Below are positions 9,287-18,400 of a DNA stretch of 63,112 nt, piece by piece (positions within the stretch are counted from its first letter, which is position 1; each line of letters starts with the position of its first letter). The DNA comes from a virus (lineage: Duplodnaviria; Caudoviricetes), in IMG/VR virus record IMGVR_UViG_3300043446_002177, positions 1 to 63,112 of that record. One strand, 5' to 3'. The position numbers and the translations under genes are program-made. Under the pieces are notes generated by a model. It was not told the origin of the DNA. It ran no database searches and saw nothing but the letters and a program-made list of their open reading frames with translations.

Positions 9287-10017
9287 TACTTGCTTTGTGC
9301 TGGTAAGATGTAATCGTATGTTGCTAGTCCGCTGTCAACAGTGATCATCATAGCACCTGCGTCGGCAATCTTCATAGTCTTATCACCGTCTAAGTTAAGA
9401 ATGCTCATAACTTGTGTAACAGGCCAAGCCCATGACTGCTTTAGTTTTGTTTTAACATCAGACTGGAATACAAAACTACCTGCGTGTGTGCTAGCATCAC
9501 CAAAGCTAAAGACTAAGTTTCCATTGTCTGTCTTGACCTGGAATACATTTTCTTCGCTGTGAGCAGCAGCCTGTAATTTTAGTCTGCTAACAGCAGCCAT
9601 AGTAGGTTCAAACTCTACATCCCATGTAGCACCTTTAAACTTAACAGTCTTAAGTTTTTCGTTAATGATTTCACTGTTCATAAAACGATAGTCATTAACA
9701 AAGTCACCGCCTTCATTTTCAAAGTGTAGGCTTACTGGAATTTCTTTGCCGTTGCGTTCTGCCTTGACTACTTCAATCTTAGCATTTTCTTTGTATTCTG
9801 GATTACGCAAATGTAAACTTAGTTTGTCTAAGTTGGGCATTCCAAATACACCGTCAAATTCATCAACAGGAGTTTTTGTTTTGGCATTGATAATAACTGA
9901 ACGATCTTCAGCCATTGATTCGATTACAGTTTCTTTATCATCGCCTGTAATTTTAACTAGCGGAATAATTCCTAAGCTGTGTGTATGTGTTACGATGTCG
10001 GTTAAGATGTCTTTCAT
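9286..10017 (-). CDS. sliding clamp (T4 gp45/PCNA-like)
   Basis: 243 aa beta-rich protein immediately after polB, C-terminal YDYILPA; clamp loader present at 33.6 kb. Confidence 0.7.
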   Translation of the reverse strand: MKDILTDIVTHTHSLGIIPLVKITGDDKETVIESMAEDRSVIINAKTKTPVDEFDGVFGMPNLDKLSLHLRNPEYKENAKIEVVKAERNGKEIPVSLHFENEGGDFVNDYRFMNSEIINEKLKTVKFKGATWDVEFEPTMAAVSRLKLQAAAHSEENVFQVKTDNGNLVFSFGDASTHAGSFVFQSDVKTKLKQSWAWPVTQVMSILNLDGDKTMKIADAGAMMITVDSGLATYDYILPAQSK

Positions 10018-10052
10018 GATTAGTCCTTTGTATTAGTATAGAGGTATTTAGG

Positions 10053-12716
10053 TTAAAAGTCAAATAATTTGTTAAAAGTATTTGTCTGTTCGGTAGATCT
10101 GATATCCCAATTTAGAACACCAATAAGGTTTTCTAGCTTGTTATCAATAATAGTAGCTTCCATTTCGTCGTGATCAAAAGGAAGATCCTTAAACCATTTA
10201 GGCAGTCTTAGTTCATCTACCGGATAAGCTACACTAGTAAATCCTAAAGGGTTATCTTTGAGTTTACAGACAATTACCTTGGCACCATCTGTAATCTGCA
10301 TTGAATATTTGTCATCGTACATTCGTTTTAAAGTATTCCAATTAATACTAGCACGAACATGTCCTGGCATATTGGCTTTACCTGCCTTTTCTTCTTTGCG
10401 CTGATATTCAGTGATGTTGTTAGCACGTTTAGGCGATCCTTTTTCCCAACCCGGTCGGGCTTTAAACTCAGTGCGGAAATTAGTAATCATGTCTAAAACA
10501 TCATTTTCTTCAGCACCAGATAGTACACGTTCAAGAACATCACTTAAAAAGTTTTGAATAAATTCTGGAGTATCACTACGCTTGAGGTCCAATCCCATAG
10601 CTTTAATTTTGCCAGGTTTACCGTCAACGTCTTGACGTTTGCCTTCTTTATCATAATAAAGAACAGCATAACGTTTTTTAGTAATAAACAAACTTTTTGA
10701 TCCAACAATTTCACGACCTGCCTTAATAACTTCACCACGAGTTTTAGGACAATGGAAAGCATCTAGCATGAACTGAGGAAATGTCGAATTAACTTCACTA
10801 GCAATTTGATCATACAGTTGTATTACTGTTTCTTTTGACCACGGGATTGCGCCCGAGTCGATATCCTTCTTAAGCGTCTTATAAGCAGAAAAATAACAGC
10901 TATCAGTATCACCGTAGATAATAGCTTTTCCAACATGGTTAAAGTCTCCTGTTATAATTTCATTTACTTTACTTGCCATGTATTTGGCAATTTGACGACC
11001 CGTAAGAGTAGTAGACTGACCAATACGCTTATCGAAAAATCTACAACCAGGGTTAAGAATAGCTCCATATAGACTGTTTAGGTTAATTTTTTTAACTAAT
11101 TGGCGTTTATCCCAATATTCTTCTTCAATTTTATTACCTGCGGCAATTGATTCTTTTAGTTTGGCCTGCATCTCCTTACGTTCAGCATACCAACGCTTTA
11201 GCAAGCCAGGAATAATACCTTCTTTTTCATAAGTAAAAATAGTGCCGTTAGCTGATAACATAAAGTGTTGATTACTTTCAAAGATCAACTTATAAACTTC
11301 AGCGGCACTTAGTATATCAACATGGCCATCTTCCCAGTCAATGGTAATTTCTGTGCCAATTTCCTGTTTCATAACAGCTTCATACTCTACACTACCAAAC
11401 ATACCTTCCCATGCTGCCGCAAAACTTTTACCTTTGGCTATTTGAGAGTCAATATATTCTTTAGTAGCAGTAGCTCGTAACTGACCAACAATAGTCTCTG
11501 GGCCCATGTTGAGCGCACGAATGGCACTAGGATACAGACTGTTAATATCTAATGATCCTATCCAGTCTTGAATACCCTCTTTAGGATACGCAACATAAGC
11601 ACCAGCGGCCTGATTATCAGCATCATCGTCACGTTTAGGTCGACTAGGAACTTGAAAGCCTCTACGGTGGCATTCATTGATAATGGCCTGCTCAGTAACA
11701 GCTACAGCACCCATTGTGGTCTGTAACAATACTGTACATTCATGTGCTAGTTTATTGCTTAGATCTAAGAACTTGAGTTTTTGATCCAGTTTATTAAGTA
11801 GAGCACAGTCTTGCCTGTTATATTCAACAAACTTGCGGAAGTCATTGTTGTAGAGTTGATCTAGTGTACCTTCGTAGACTGTTTTAGTTTCTCCAATTTC
11901 CATTTCACCTATAGCATCAAGTCGATAAGTGTGTCGTTCTTCATATGTGTACTTTCTGTAGAGCTCGAGACTGTCTAAGTGTACACGGCCATGTAGGTCA
12001 TAAGTTGTAGCAGTCTTACCAAACTTTTCATATTCACGTTTCTTAGGATATTGATCCCACAGACACAGTCTACGTGTGTCATCTTTGCTTAATACTTTAG
12101 TAATACGGTTAACAGTATAGGGCATATCAAAGCCTTCACTGTTCCAACCACTAAGGATATCAGCATCTTGAATTAAGTTTAAAAAAGTATCAAGCAAGTC
12201 TGCTTCATTGTCAAAGATATGTGTGTTAGGAAAGTCTTTGACAAGTTCTTCTGCTTCCTTTACACTCATTCCTTTTGGAGGAATAGCAAGACATACTAGC
12301 GTATCTAACCATTGTAGGTGAACAGCGATAGCAGTAATTGGCATAAATGCATCGTCCGGTGATGCATAGCCACGTTCCGGATCAAAGTCCACCTCAATAT
12401 CCCAAAAAGCTACATTAAGTTTTGGTGCTTCTGCGTTTAAGTAGTTTTCGCTTAGTGTTACAAAGATCGGATTAATGTCCGCTTCATATAATTTTTTGTT
12501 TGAGTTAATAGCCATTTCCTTGCGGAAGTCTTTGCTATTTTTACATACAACTCTTGTGAGAGGTTCACCGTAAATTGATTGGTACTTACCTCGGGGATCT
12601 GGATAGTAGAATGTGTAACGAACTGGGAATTCTTTGAATACTCTTTGTCCCTTATCGTTACGTTCAACTACCTTAACAATATCAGCGTCACGCTGAAAGA
12701 ATGCGTCTACGTACAA
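10053..12716 (-). CDS. family B DNA polymerase (T4 gp43-like)
   Basis: Exonuclease DIE / GWNSEGFD / YNRQD; polymerase SLDINSLYPS, KINLNSLYG, YGDTDS; C-terminal clamp-binding-like FNKLFDF; TTG start with AGGAG. Confidence 0.97.
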   Translation of the reverse strand: MYVDAFFQRDADIVKVVERNDKGQRVFKEFPVRYTFYYPDPRGKYQSIYGEPLTRVVCKNSKDFRKEMAINSNKKLYEADINPIFVTLSENYLNAEAPKLNVAFWDIEVDFDPERGYASPDDAFMPITAIAVHLQWLDTLVCLAIPPKGMSVKEAEELVKDFPNTHIFDNEADLLDTFLNLIQDADILSGWNSEGFDMPYTVNRITKVLSKDDTRRLCLWDQYPKKREYEKFGKTATTYDLHGRVHLDSLELYRKYTYEERHTYRLDAIGEMEIGETKTVYEGTLDQLYNNDFRKFVEYNRQDCALLNKLDQKLKFLDLSNKLAHECTVLLQTTMGAVAVTEQAIINECHRRGFQVPSRPKRDDDADNQAAGAYVAYPKEGIQDWIGSLDINSLYPSAIRALNMGPETIVGQLRATATKEYIDSQIAKGKSFAAAWEGMFGSVEYEAVMKQEIGTEITIDWEDGHVDILSAAEVYKLIFESNQHFMLSANGTIFTYEKEGIIPGLLKRWYAERKEMQAKLKESIAAGNKIEEEYWDKRQLVKKINLNSLYGAILNPGCRFFDKRIGQSTTLTGRQIAKYMASKVNEIITGDFNHVGKAIIYGDTDSCYFSAYKTLKKDIDSGAIPWSKETVIQLYDQIASEVNSTFPQFMLDAFHCPKTRGEVIKAGREIVGSKSLFITKKRYAVLYYDKEGKRQDVDGKPGKIKAMGLDLKRSDTPEFIQNFLSDVLERVLSGAEENDVLDMITNFRTEFKARPGWEKGSPKRANNITEYQRKEEKAGKANMPGHVRASINWNTLKRMYDDKYSMQITDGAKVIVCKLKDNPLGFTSVAYPVDELRLPKWFKDLPFDHDEMEATIIDNKLENLIGVLNWDIRSTEQTNTFNKLFDF

Positions 12717-12729
12717 ATTTTATCTCCTA

Positions 12730-12781
12730 TGCAATTTATGGCTTGCAAATACCGCAGTAATCATTTGTGGCTGATTAAACC
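12730..12781 (-). promoter_or_regulatory. tandem stem-loops in the polB leader (candidate translational operator)
   Basis: UAAUCA-GCCACAAA-UGAUUA and UGCAA-GCCAUAAA-UUGCA, each preceded by GGU, immediately before AGGAG. Confidence 0.6.
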
Positions 12782-13528
12782 TTACTCACAACTATTTAGT
12801 ATTTGTTTTATAGTTTGTAAATTTTTATAAGTCAAAATGCTATCAGTCATTGAATTAATACTTTCTAAAATGGAATCAGCATTTTCAGCCCAAACGTCTT
12901 TTAACGGACATACATCTACTTTGACAAAAAATAAACTAGACACATTGTCGCCTAAAGGTTCTGTAGTTTGAGTTTCAACTCTAAAATATAAATCATCTAA
13001 CGATTTAGGCACAATGTTTGATTTTCTACTAGGATGATTACTTAGTTCTGGACTAGTTGTAATAGTCCAAACCCATCTGCGAAAACTGCTTTGGCCAGCA
13101 TCGGCCATTGTACTAGTTAACCTGTCACTGGCTTTGACCAACATATCACCGTCTGCAACAGATTTGTGTATGTTAGTTAAGCTCTGTCCAATCCTATCTG
13201 CAGGCACCCAGCTACTAGGAAAACAAAAGCATATAGCACTTAGTAATCCATTGTGCATGATTGCTATGTCTTCTTCTATTTGTAGTGCTAGTTCTACAAT
13301 GTTATCTGTTTTTTCTAATTCGCAATGAATAGATGCTTTTTGAACCAATTGATTTATAGTGCTTTCATGTGTAATAGCCCATAATTGATCGCCTAATAAC
13401 TCAAGTTCTCTTTTCTTTGCATCTAAGTATAAAGGATTAGGGTTACGATTATACATAGCACCTGCCCACCGTTGCATATTGGGCCTTGTGGTATAAGGTG
13501 TCTTAATAAAATCTAATTTATCCTGCAT
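12782..13528 (-). CDS. heme-dependent oxidative N-demethylase alpha-subunit-like protein (DUF3445)
   Basis: LALQIEEDIAIM, AICFCFPSSW-x-P-x-x-x-IG-x-x-L-x-x-IH-x-x-V, RWVWTI, L-Y-F-R-V-E-x-Q-T. Confidence 0.75.
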   Translation of the reverse strand: MQDKLDFIKTPYTTRPNMQRWAGAMYNRNPNPLYLDAKKRELELLGDQLWAITHESTINQLVQKASIHCELEKTDNIVELALQIEEDIAIMHNGLLSAICFCFPSSWVPADRIGQSLTNIHKSVADGDMLVKASDRLTSTMADAGQSSFRRWVWTITTSPELSNHPSRKSNIVPKSLDDLYFRVETQTTEPLGDNVSSLFFVKVDVCPLKDVWAENADSILESINSMTDSILTYKNLQTIKQILNSCE

Positions 13529-13871
13529 GACGTGTTAGAAAGTTAACTCTAATTTTTTCTGGATCAAAATATTCACAAACTACAGATTTAGCAATTTCAA
13601 TATCAAATTCTTTACAACTAAAGACATCAAAGTAAGCAGTTCCGTCTAGTTCCATAAAGTGAGCACTAATGTTACTAGTAGTAATTAATTGTAGTAAGCT
13701 ATAACCTTGTTTAGGATCACCTGGTAGCAGATATTCAATGATGGGCTCACCGTGAGCCTGCATATCTATTCTTACCACAAGATCTTTAATAAAATTATAG
13801 ATATTTTCTTTACTATTGATATTCTTGCAACCGCTACAGTCTAGTAATAAATGATAACCCCAGAAACTCAT
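13518..13871 (-). CDS. speD: pyruvoyl-dependent decarboxylase, SpeD (AdoMetDC) family
   Basis: GYHLLLDCSGC, GYSLLQLITTSNISAHF, AYFDVFSCKEFD. Confidence 0.82.
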   Translation of the reverse strand: MSFWGYHLLLDCSGCKNINSKENIYNFIKDLVVRIDMQAHGEPIIEYLLPGDPKQGYSLLQLITTSNISAHFMELDGTAYFDVFSCKEFDIEIAKSVVCEYFDPEKIRVNFLTRHAG

Positions 13872-13872
13872 A

Positions 13873-14139
13873 TTAGTCCTTTGGCAGTCTATTTGTTACG
13901 CCCAAAATCATTTCAATCTCATTCCAATCATTTTCATGGTCTTTCCAATTGTCTTTATGGGCAATGGTAATGGCTTTGTTAATAATACTTGGTTTGATTT
14001 CCAATTCTTCGGCTACAGCTTTAACTGTTTCTTTAAGTCCTTCTTTTAAGTCCTCAATTTCACGTAAAACGGTACTACCTTCGTTGATTAATCTCTCCAA
14101 TTTGGCTTTTTCTTCGGGTCCATACATGCGTGTACTCAT
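13873..14139 (-). CDS. dsDNA-binding protein (T4 DsbA-like)
   Basis: Helical 88-aa protein LINEGSTVLREIEDLKEGLKETVKAVAEELEIKP; start MSTRMY after AAGGAG. Confidence 0.6.
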   Translation of the reverse strand: MSTRMYGPEEKAKLERLINEGSTVLREIEDLKEGLKETVKAVAEELEIKPSIINKAITIAHKDNWKDHENDWNEIEMILGVTNRLPKD

Positions 14140-14165
14140 TGACACTCCTTCAAAATTATTGTATA

Positions 14166-14195
14166 ATTGTAACATACTTATTCACACAGAGTCAA
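14166..14195 (-). promoter_or_regulatory. sigma70-type promoter (TTGACT-N18-TACAAT, TGn extension)
   Basis: Upstream of the dsbA-like/speD/DUF3445/polB run. Confidence 0.55.
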
Positions 14196-14200
14196 CACTT

Positions 14201-14521
14201 ATGAAAAAAATTGCACTAATTAGTTTACTAATCTGTTCAAATGCGATAGGACAATCCTTTGAAACATGGGATAATCCTAGCAGACGATTTCCTGTTGAAA
14301 ATGCACAATTTCAGACAACAATTGTTGCTACTGATAATGTCCAAAGAATGTGCGAGAGAGAAAGTCGAAACAGGGGGTTTAGTGGCTTTAACTATGCTGT
14401 AAATAGCTGTGCATTTTGGAATGATTCTAAAACAGAATGTACTATTGTAGTACCAAAAAATACTAGTATGCACATATTAGGCCATGAATTATTACACTGT
14501 ATAAAAGGTAACTGGCATTAA
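14201..14521 (+). CDS. secreted small protein with HExxH zincin motif
   Basis: Signal peptide MKKIALISLLICSNAIG, four further Cys, C-terminal ILGHELLHC; start ATG 14201. Confidence 0.65.
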   Translation: MKKIALISLLICSNAIGQSFETWDNPSRRFPVENAQFQTTIVATDNVQRMCERESRNRGFSGFNYAVNSCAFWNDSKTECTIVVPKNTSMHILGHELLHCIKGNWH

Positions 14522-14546
14522 AAAACCGCCCTAGGGCGGTTTTTTA
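14519..14546. terminator. bidirectional intrinsic terminator
   Basis: Perfect palindrome taaaaaaccgccCTAGggcggtttttta between convergent genes. Confidence 0.88.
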
Positions 14547-16187
14547 TTATAGTCCAGATAGTTCTCGAATTCTTGTTATAAGAGCATCTTCGTATGCTGG
14601 TTGTTTTACACCACCCTGTCCTTGAGAAGCCTGTGGGTTAGCAGGACTTGCCGCCTGTCCAGCAGCTGGTGCCTTAGCGGTTGCAGTTGCTCCGCCTGGC
14701 TTATATTGATCGTCTGCTCCTGTGTAACCTGACATAGATCTTGCTCTAGTAGAATTCCACTGTAGCTTATCTTGCGGAGTCGCTGTAACTTGCCAACTTC
14801 CGCCGCCACGTCCTTGTTTGTATTCATAACGTGTTCCACCTACCCAATATGGTTTAGATTTATCAGCGGTCGGAGGAACTTGACTTGCGCCCCCAGCGGC
14901 AGGTTGAGCGGCCTGACCACCAGCTGCCGGCCTAGCACCAGCTGCCGGCTTAGATTGTGCTTGTGCTAGTTCTGCGGCAGTAGGTCCACCTTGACCTCCT
15001 CTACCCGCACCTGCTGTGCTAGGCTTAACTCCTGGAGGTAACGGAAGATTTCCACTAACTGCTTGTGGAAATTGTTTCATCGCAGCCTGAGTAGCAGGTC
15101 CCATAATACCATCTGCTTTAATTTTAGCACCGGCAGCAATTAATTTATCTTGTAGTGCTTTTACTTTTGGATCAGATGCAGCCGGTGTTTTTGCTGGTTG
15201 AGCTGCCTGACCACCACCTGCTGGGTTTCCGCCAGCAACAGTCATACCTGGCTCTGGAGCAGCACCTGGAGGTAATTGTAACGGAGCATTTGCTACGCTG
15301 TCGTATTTTTCGCCGGTTTCCGGGTTAATTCCGGGCGGGACGGCTGCGGTTGCTGCAGGTTGGGCTGCGGCAGGTTTTTTCAATGTATCAGGGCCTGCCG
15401 CCGTTGCAGCGTTTGCTGCCATAGCTTTACCCATTTCTGCATCTGCTTGATCTGCATTTGCAGCAAATTCTTTTTCTTTAGCAGCTTGTCGACCTTGCTG
15501 TGCTAACTTTTGTGTTGCGGGCTCAACAAAGTTTGGATCACCTGCTTTTACAACATTGCCGTTTTCGTCTGTGGTGTATCCAGGCATTAAATTGCCCTCA
15601 TCATCAACACTGCCTGCAGGAGTACCTGCAGGCGCAGCGGCTGGCGCTGCCGCTGGTTGAGCTGCCTGACCACCACCTGCAGGCGCAGCGGCTGGCGCTG
15701 CTGCTGGCTGAGCTGCTGGCTGAGCTGCTGGCTGAGCTGCTGGTTTTTTCTTACCACCAAACAAGCCTTTTAGTGCATCTAGATTCTTTTGTCCAGCTGC
15801 CATACGATCATTGTATGCTTTTTCTGCTGCTGCTTCCCCGGGGAATGGTTGTCCAGGAAAATTGTTATCCCACCAAATTTGGTTATCACTTCTAGTCATT
15901 ACAGGACCAGCTTCTTCAACGTCGATATTAAATTCTTTTAGTAATTCTTTGGCAATAGCACTACGCAAAACAATGCTTTCATCCATGTCTTTTTTCTTTT
16001 CTTTTTCAGCTTCTTTGTCTGCTTTGACACTTTGATGCCCTTGAACTTGAGTAGCAGGATGTTTCTTGCCACTTTTGTCTGTCCAAGTAGTTTCTTTCTT
16101 CTTAGCATCCGGACGAGACTCAGATTCTGTTAAAATCTTTTTAGATTCAATCTCGTCCATTTTTGCTATAAGTGCTTTTAAATCCAT
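14547..16187 (-). CDS. Pro/Ala-rich putative virion protein with peptidoglycan-binding domain
   Basis: VKALQDKLIAAGAKIKADGIMGPATQAAMKQF (PG_binding_1-like); MDLKALIAKMDEIE leader; TAAATA upstream. Confidence 0.7.
   Translation of the reverse strand: MDLKALIAKMDEIESKKILTESESRPDAKKKETTWTDKSGKKHPATQVQGHQSVKADKEAEKEKKKDMDESIVLRSAIAKELLKEFNIDVEEAGPVMTRSDNQIWWDNNFPGQPFPGEAAAEKAYNDRMAAGQKNLDALKGLFGGKKKPAAQPAAQPAAQPAAAPAAAPAGGGQAAQPAAAPAAAPAGTPAGSVDDEGNLMPGYTTDENGNVVKAGDPNFVEPATQKLAQQGRQAAKEKEFAANADQADAEMGKAMAANAATAAGPDTLKKPAAAQPAATAAVPPGINPETGEKYDSVANAPLQLPPGAAPEPGMTVAGGNPAGGGQAAQPAKTPAASDPKVKALQDKLIAAGAKIKADGIMGPATQAAMKQFPQAVSGNLPLPPGVKPSTAGAGRGGQGGPTAAELAQAQSKPAAGARPAAGGQAAQPAAGGASQVPPTADKSKPYWVGGTRYEYKQGRGGGSWQVTATPQDKLQWNSTRARSMSGYTGADDQYKPGGATATAKAPAAGQAASPANPQASQGQGGVKQPAYEDALITRIRELSGL
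15625..15745 (-). repeat. coding tandem repeats (PAAQ / PAAAPAAAPAG)
   Basis: Repeated gctgctggctga and cctgcaggcgcagcggctggcgctgc units. Confidence 0.8.
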
Positions 16188-16220
16188 TTTGTATCCCCAA
16201 ATCATATTATATATTTATTC

Positions 16221-16306
16221 GTGCTCACTTTAGATTTACGGTAGCGAATCGTTCCTCTAGGCAGCAGCCGCCTGCACACCAAAACATAACGGTCCTAAGG
16301 TGTGTT
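16221..16306 (-). ncRNA. candidate structured intergenic RNA
   Basis: GC-rich spacer with three stems (CACACC/GGUGUG, AGGCGG/CUGCCU, UAGA..ACG/CGU..UCUA) and a possible UUCGC/GUGAG pseudoknot. Confidence 0.45.
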
Positions 16307-16307
16307 C

Positions 16308-17126
16308 TTATGCGCCCCCGCCTACTAACTTATTACGAAGGCCTTTTTGACTTTTTTCTGGTGAGCCTAATACTGTACCCTTAACATCTACTTTATCTGT
16401 ACCACGTAATTGTCCTGCAGGTCCTTTTTTCTGAACTGATTCTTTAGGAACACAATTTGGAACTGTACGTCCGCCTTTCTTTTTAGTTCCTACAGGCTTG
16501 TAACCTTTCCAGCATGGATTATCTTTAGGATCTTTAAGACCCTCTTGAGTAGCAACATCTAACATTACATACATTTTATCACCAACAGCATATGCTTTGG
16601 CGTTAATAACTTTATCACTTCGACCTATTCTTGGTCTAATGCCGTCACCATACACTCCCATTACACTATAGGTTGCACCGCCAAATTCTACAGTTCCACC
16701 GGGTGGTCGTATATTGGTAGGTGCAGGTGTTGGTTCTGGAGGATTAGGTTTGCCTGTTAGACGATTGATACTAGGATCAGGCAATGATCCATCGGCATTA
16801 GGGGTAACTCTTTCTATTACACGTTTAGCTAATTGTCCTGCACGTTCTTTATGACGTTGTTCTGCTTCTAATAATTCTTCTTGTACAGTTTTAAAATACT
16901 TACCAATCATGCTAGGTTTAGCATCTTCTTTGACATTTAATACAGGATTGGTAATTGTTTTCTTTTTAGCAGAAGTCTGCATGGCCATAGATTCAGCAGC
17001 AGTTAAACGATTAAGAGGGCCTTTGCCCTCTACAATCTGCATAAATTTTTTCATGTCATTAGAGCCTTCCGCAGGCTTCTTCGATAAAGCACCGTCAACG
17101 GCCTGTAGAATTTTCTTCATGTCCAT
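16308..17126 (-). CDS. putative internal head protein (modular)
   Basis: MDMKKILQAVD leader; module CWKGYKPVGTKKKGGRTVPNCV bounded by TQE/PKE. Confidence 0.65.
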   Translation of the reverse strand: MDMKKILQAVDGALSKKPAEGSNDMKKFMQIVEGKGPLNRLTAAESMAMQTSAKKKTITNPVLNVKEDAKPSMIGKYFKTVQEELLEAEQRHKERAGQLAKRVIERVTPNADGSLPDPSINRLTGKPNPPEPTPAPTNIRPPGGTVEFGGATYSVMGVYGDGIRPRIGRSDKVINAKAYAVGDKMYVMLDVATQEGLKDPKDNPCWKGYKPVGTKKKGGRTVPNCVPKESVQKKGPAGQLRGTDKVDVKGTVLGSPEKSQKGLRNKLVGGGA

Positions 17127-17128
17127 AA

Positions 17129-18373
17129 TTATTTGGCCTTTTTCTTAGCAATAGCAATAGCGGCCTGTTGTTTAGCACTGCTGGCTTCTTTTAAACGACC
17201 ATCCTTCTCTGCTGACTTTAGCATGGCTACACGATCTGAATAACCTGCAACGCCAGGCTTAATATCCTTAGCAGCTTTCTTTTCTCCTGCTGTAGGATTT
17301 TTAACATGTTTCATTGTAGTCTTTTCTTGATGACTAGCTTCATACATACTACCACATTCTTTTAGACCGTGTACTGGACATGGCTTACCCTTTGGTGTAT
17401 GATTGCATTTTCCTTCTTTGACTGGCTTTGTTGGCTCGGCTTGATTTGCCATAGCATTTGCGGCACTCGCTCTTGCAGCTCTTGCAGCCTGAGGATCGGG
17501 AACAGCAGTGTCTTCCATTTTCTTACCAAACTTTTCTCCACCTTTCATGCCCCAGGTATTACCCTTATGCTTAGGTAGCTTAATATCATTAGCTTTATCT
17601 GCTTTCTTTTCAGCAGCAGATTTTTGTTTAACTGTGCTAGGTGCTTCACCGTGCTCGTCGTCTGTATAATCTGTTCGCTTGTGTTTTACACCTGTAGCAG
17701 TTTTAGTTAGTTCGCCAGTACGTGTTTTCTTAGTGTCACCTACTTTGTCAAATTCTTCTTTGACTTTCTTACCACCTTTCTCGTCTTTACCTAAACGTCC
17801 GGCAATGACGTCACCACGTGTGACCTTATCATATGGTTTGGCATTATTTGCCAAGTTGCCGTCACCTTTTTTGCCTTCTTTCATTGCTGGATTTGTTGGA
17901 CCAGGAGTCTGTGGGCTCCAACGCTTACCTTTGTTAGGACCAGATGTTACTATAGGATACTGACCATCCTTACCCTTTGGTGGAGGTGCTGTGGCGCCGT
18001 CTGGATTCATAGGTGCCTGACCTTCATCTAATTCTTTTTCTTTTTTCTTAAGAGTTTCTTTGGCCTTCTCAGCTTGCTTTTTAGCTTCTGTTAACTTCTG
18101 CTGGAAAGCACGTCGAACGCTTTCAGAGTACATTTCGGCATTTTCTAAATGATCTCCAAATTCGCTAATCTTCATTTCGTACTCTAAATAATGATATACT
18201 GAGGCAATATAGTCAGCGGATTTAGTAATTTTAGCTTGAACCCATCCTTCTAGCTCTTGATTTTCACCAATCATCTTAAACAGTTTAAAACTGTACTGTG
18301 CTAGTTTAAAAAGGTCAGCACGAGCCATTTTGGCTTCGTGATCGTCTGGTCTGTTCATCATGTCGTCATGCAT
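17129..18373 (-). CDS. putative internal head protein (Lys-rich, modular)
   Basis: EGWVQAKITKSADYI module, many [LVM]-x-E junctions, CNHTPKGKPCPVHGLKEC module; TAAATA upstream. Confidence 0.65.
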   Translation of the reverse strand: MHDDMMNRPDDHEAKMARADLFKLAQYSFKLFKMIGENQELEGWVQAKITKSADYIASVYHYLEYEMKISEFGDHLENAEMYSESVRRAFQQKLTEAKKQAEKAKETLKKKEKELDEGQAPMNPDGATAPPPKGKDGQYPIVTSGPNKGKRWSPQTPGPTNPAMKEGKKGDGNLANNAKPYDKVTRGDVIAGRLGKDEKGGKKVKEEFDKVGDTKKTRTGELTKTATGVKHKRTDYTDDEHGEAPSTVKQKSAAEKKADKANDIKLPKHKGNTWGMKGGEKFGKKMEDTAVPDPQAARAARASAANAMANQAEPTKPVKEGKCNHTPKGKPCPVHGLKECGSMYEASHQEKTTMKHVKNPTAGEKKAAKDIKPGVAGYSDRVAMLKSAEKDGRLKEASSAKQQAAIAIAKKKAK

Positions 18374-18400
18374 TTGGAAATTCTCCGGTATTCAATATAT

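Noticed and set aside
13949-14200. N-terminal extension of the 190-aa plus-strand ORF
   Set aside because: Antisense to the DsbA-like gene; the real start is the signal-peptide ATG at 14201
15625-15745. Short direct repeats considered as a CRISPR or DGR element
   Set aside because: In-frame Pro/Ala coding repeats without unique spacers; no cas or reverse transcriptase gene seen
16221-16306. Assignment of the intergenic RNA to twister, pistol or hammerhead ribozymes
   Set aside because: Only short partial resemblance (GGUCCUAAG on plus, UUAGG on minus); full conserved cores not found by eye, so it is left unassigned
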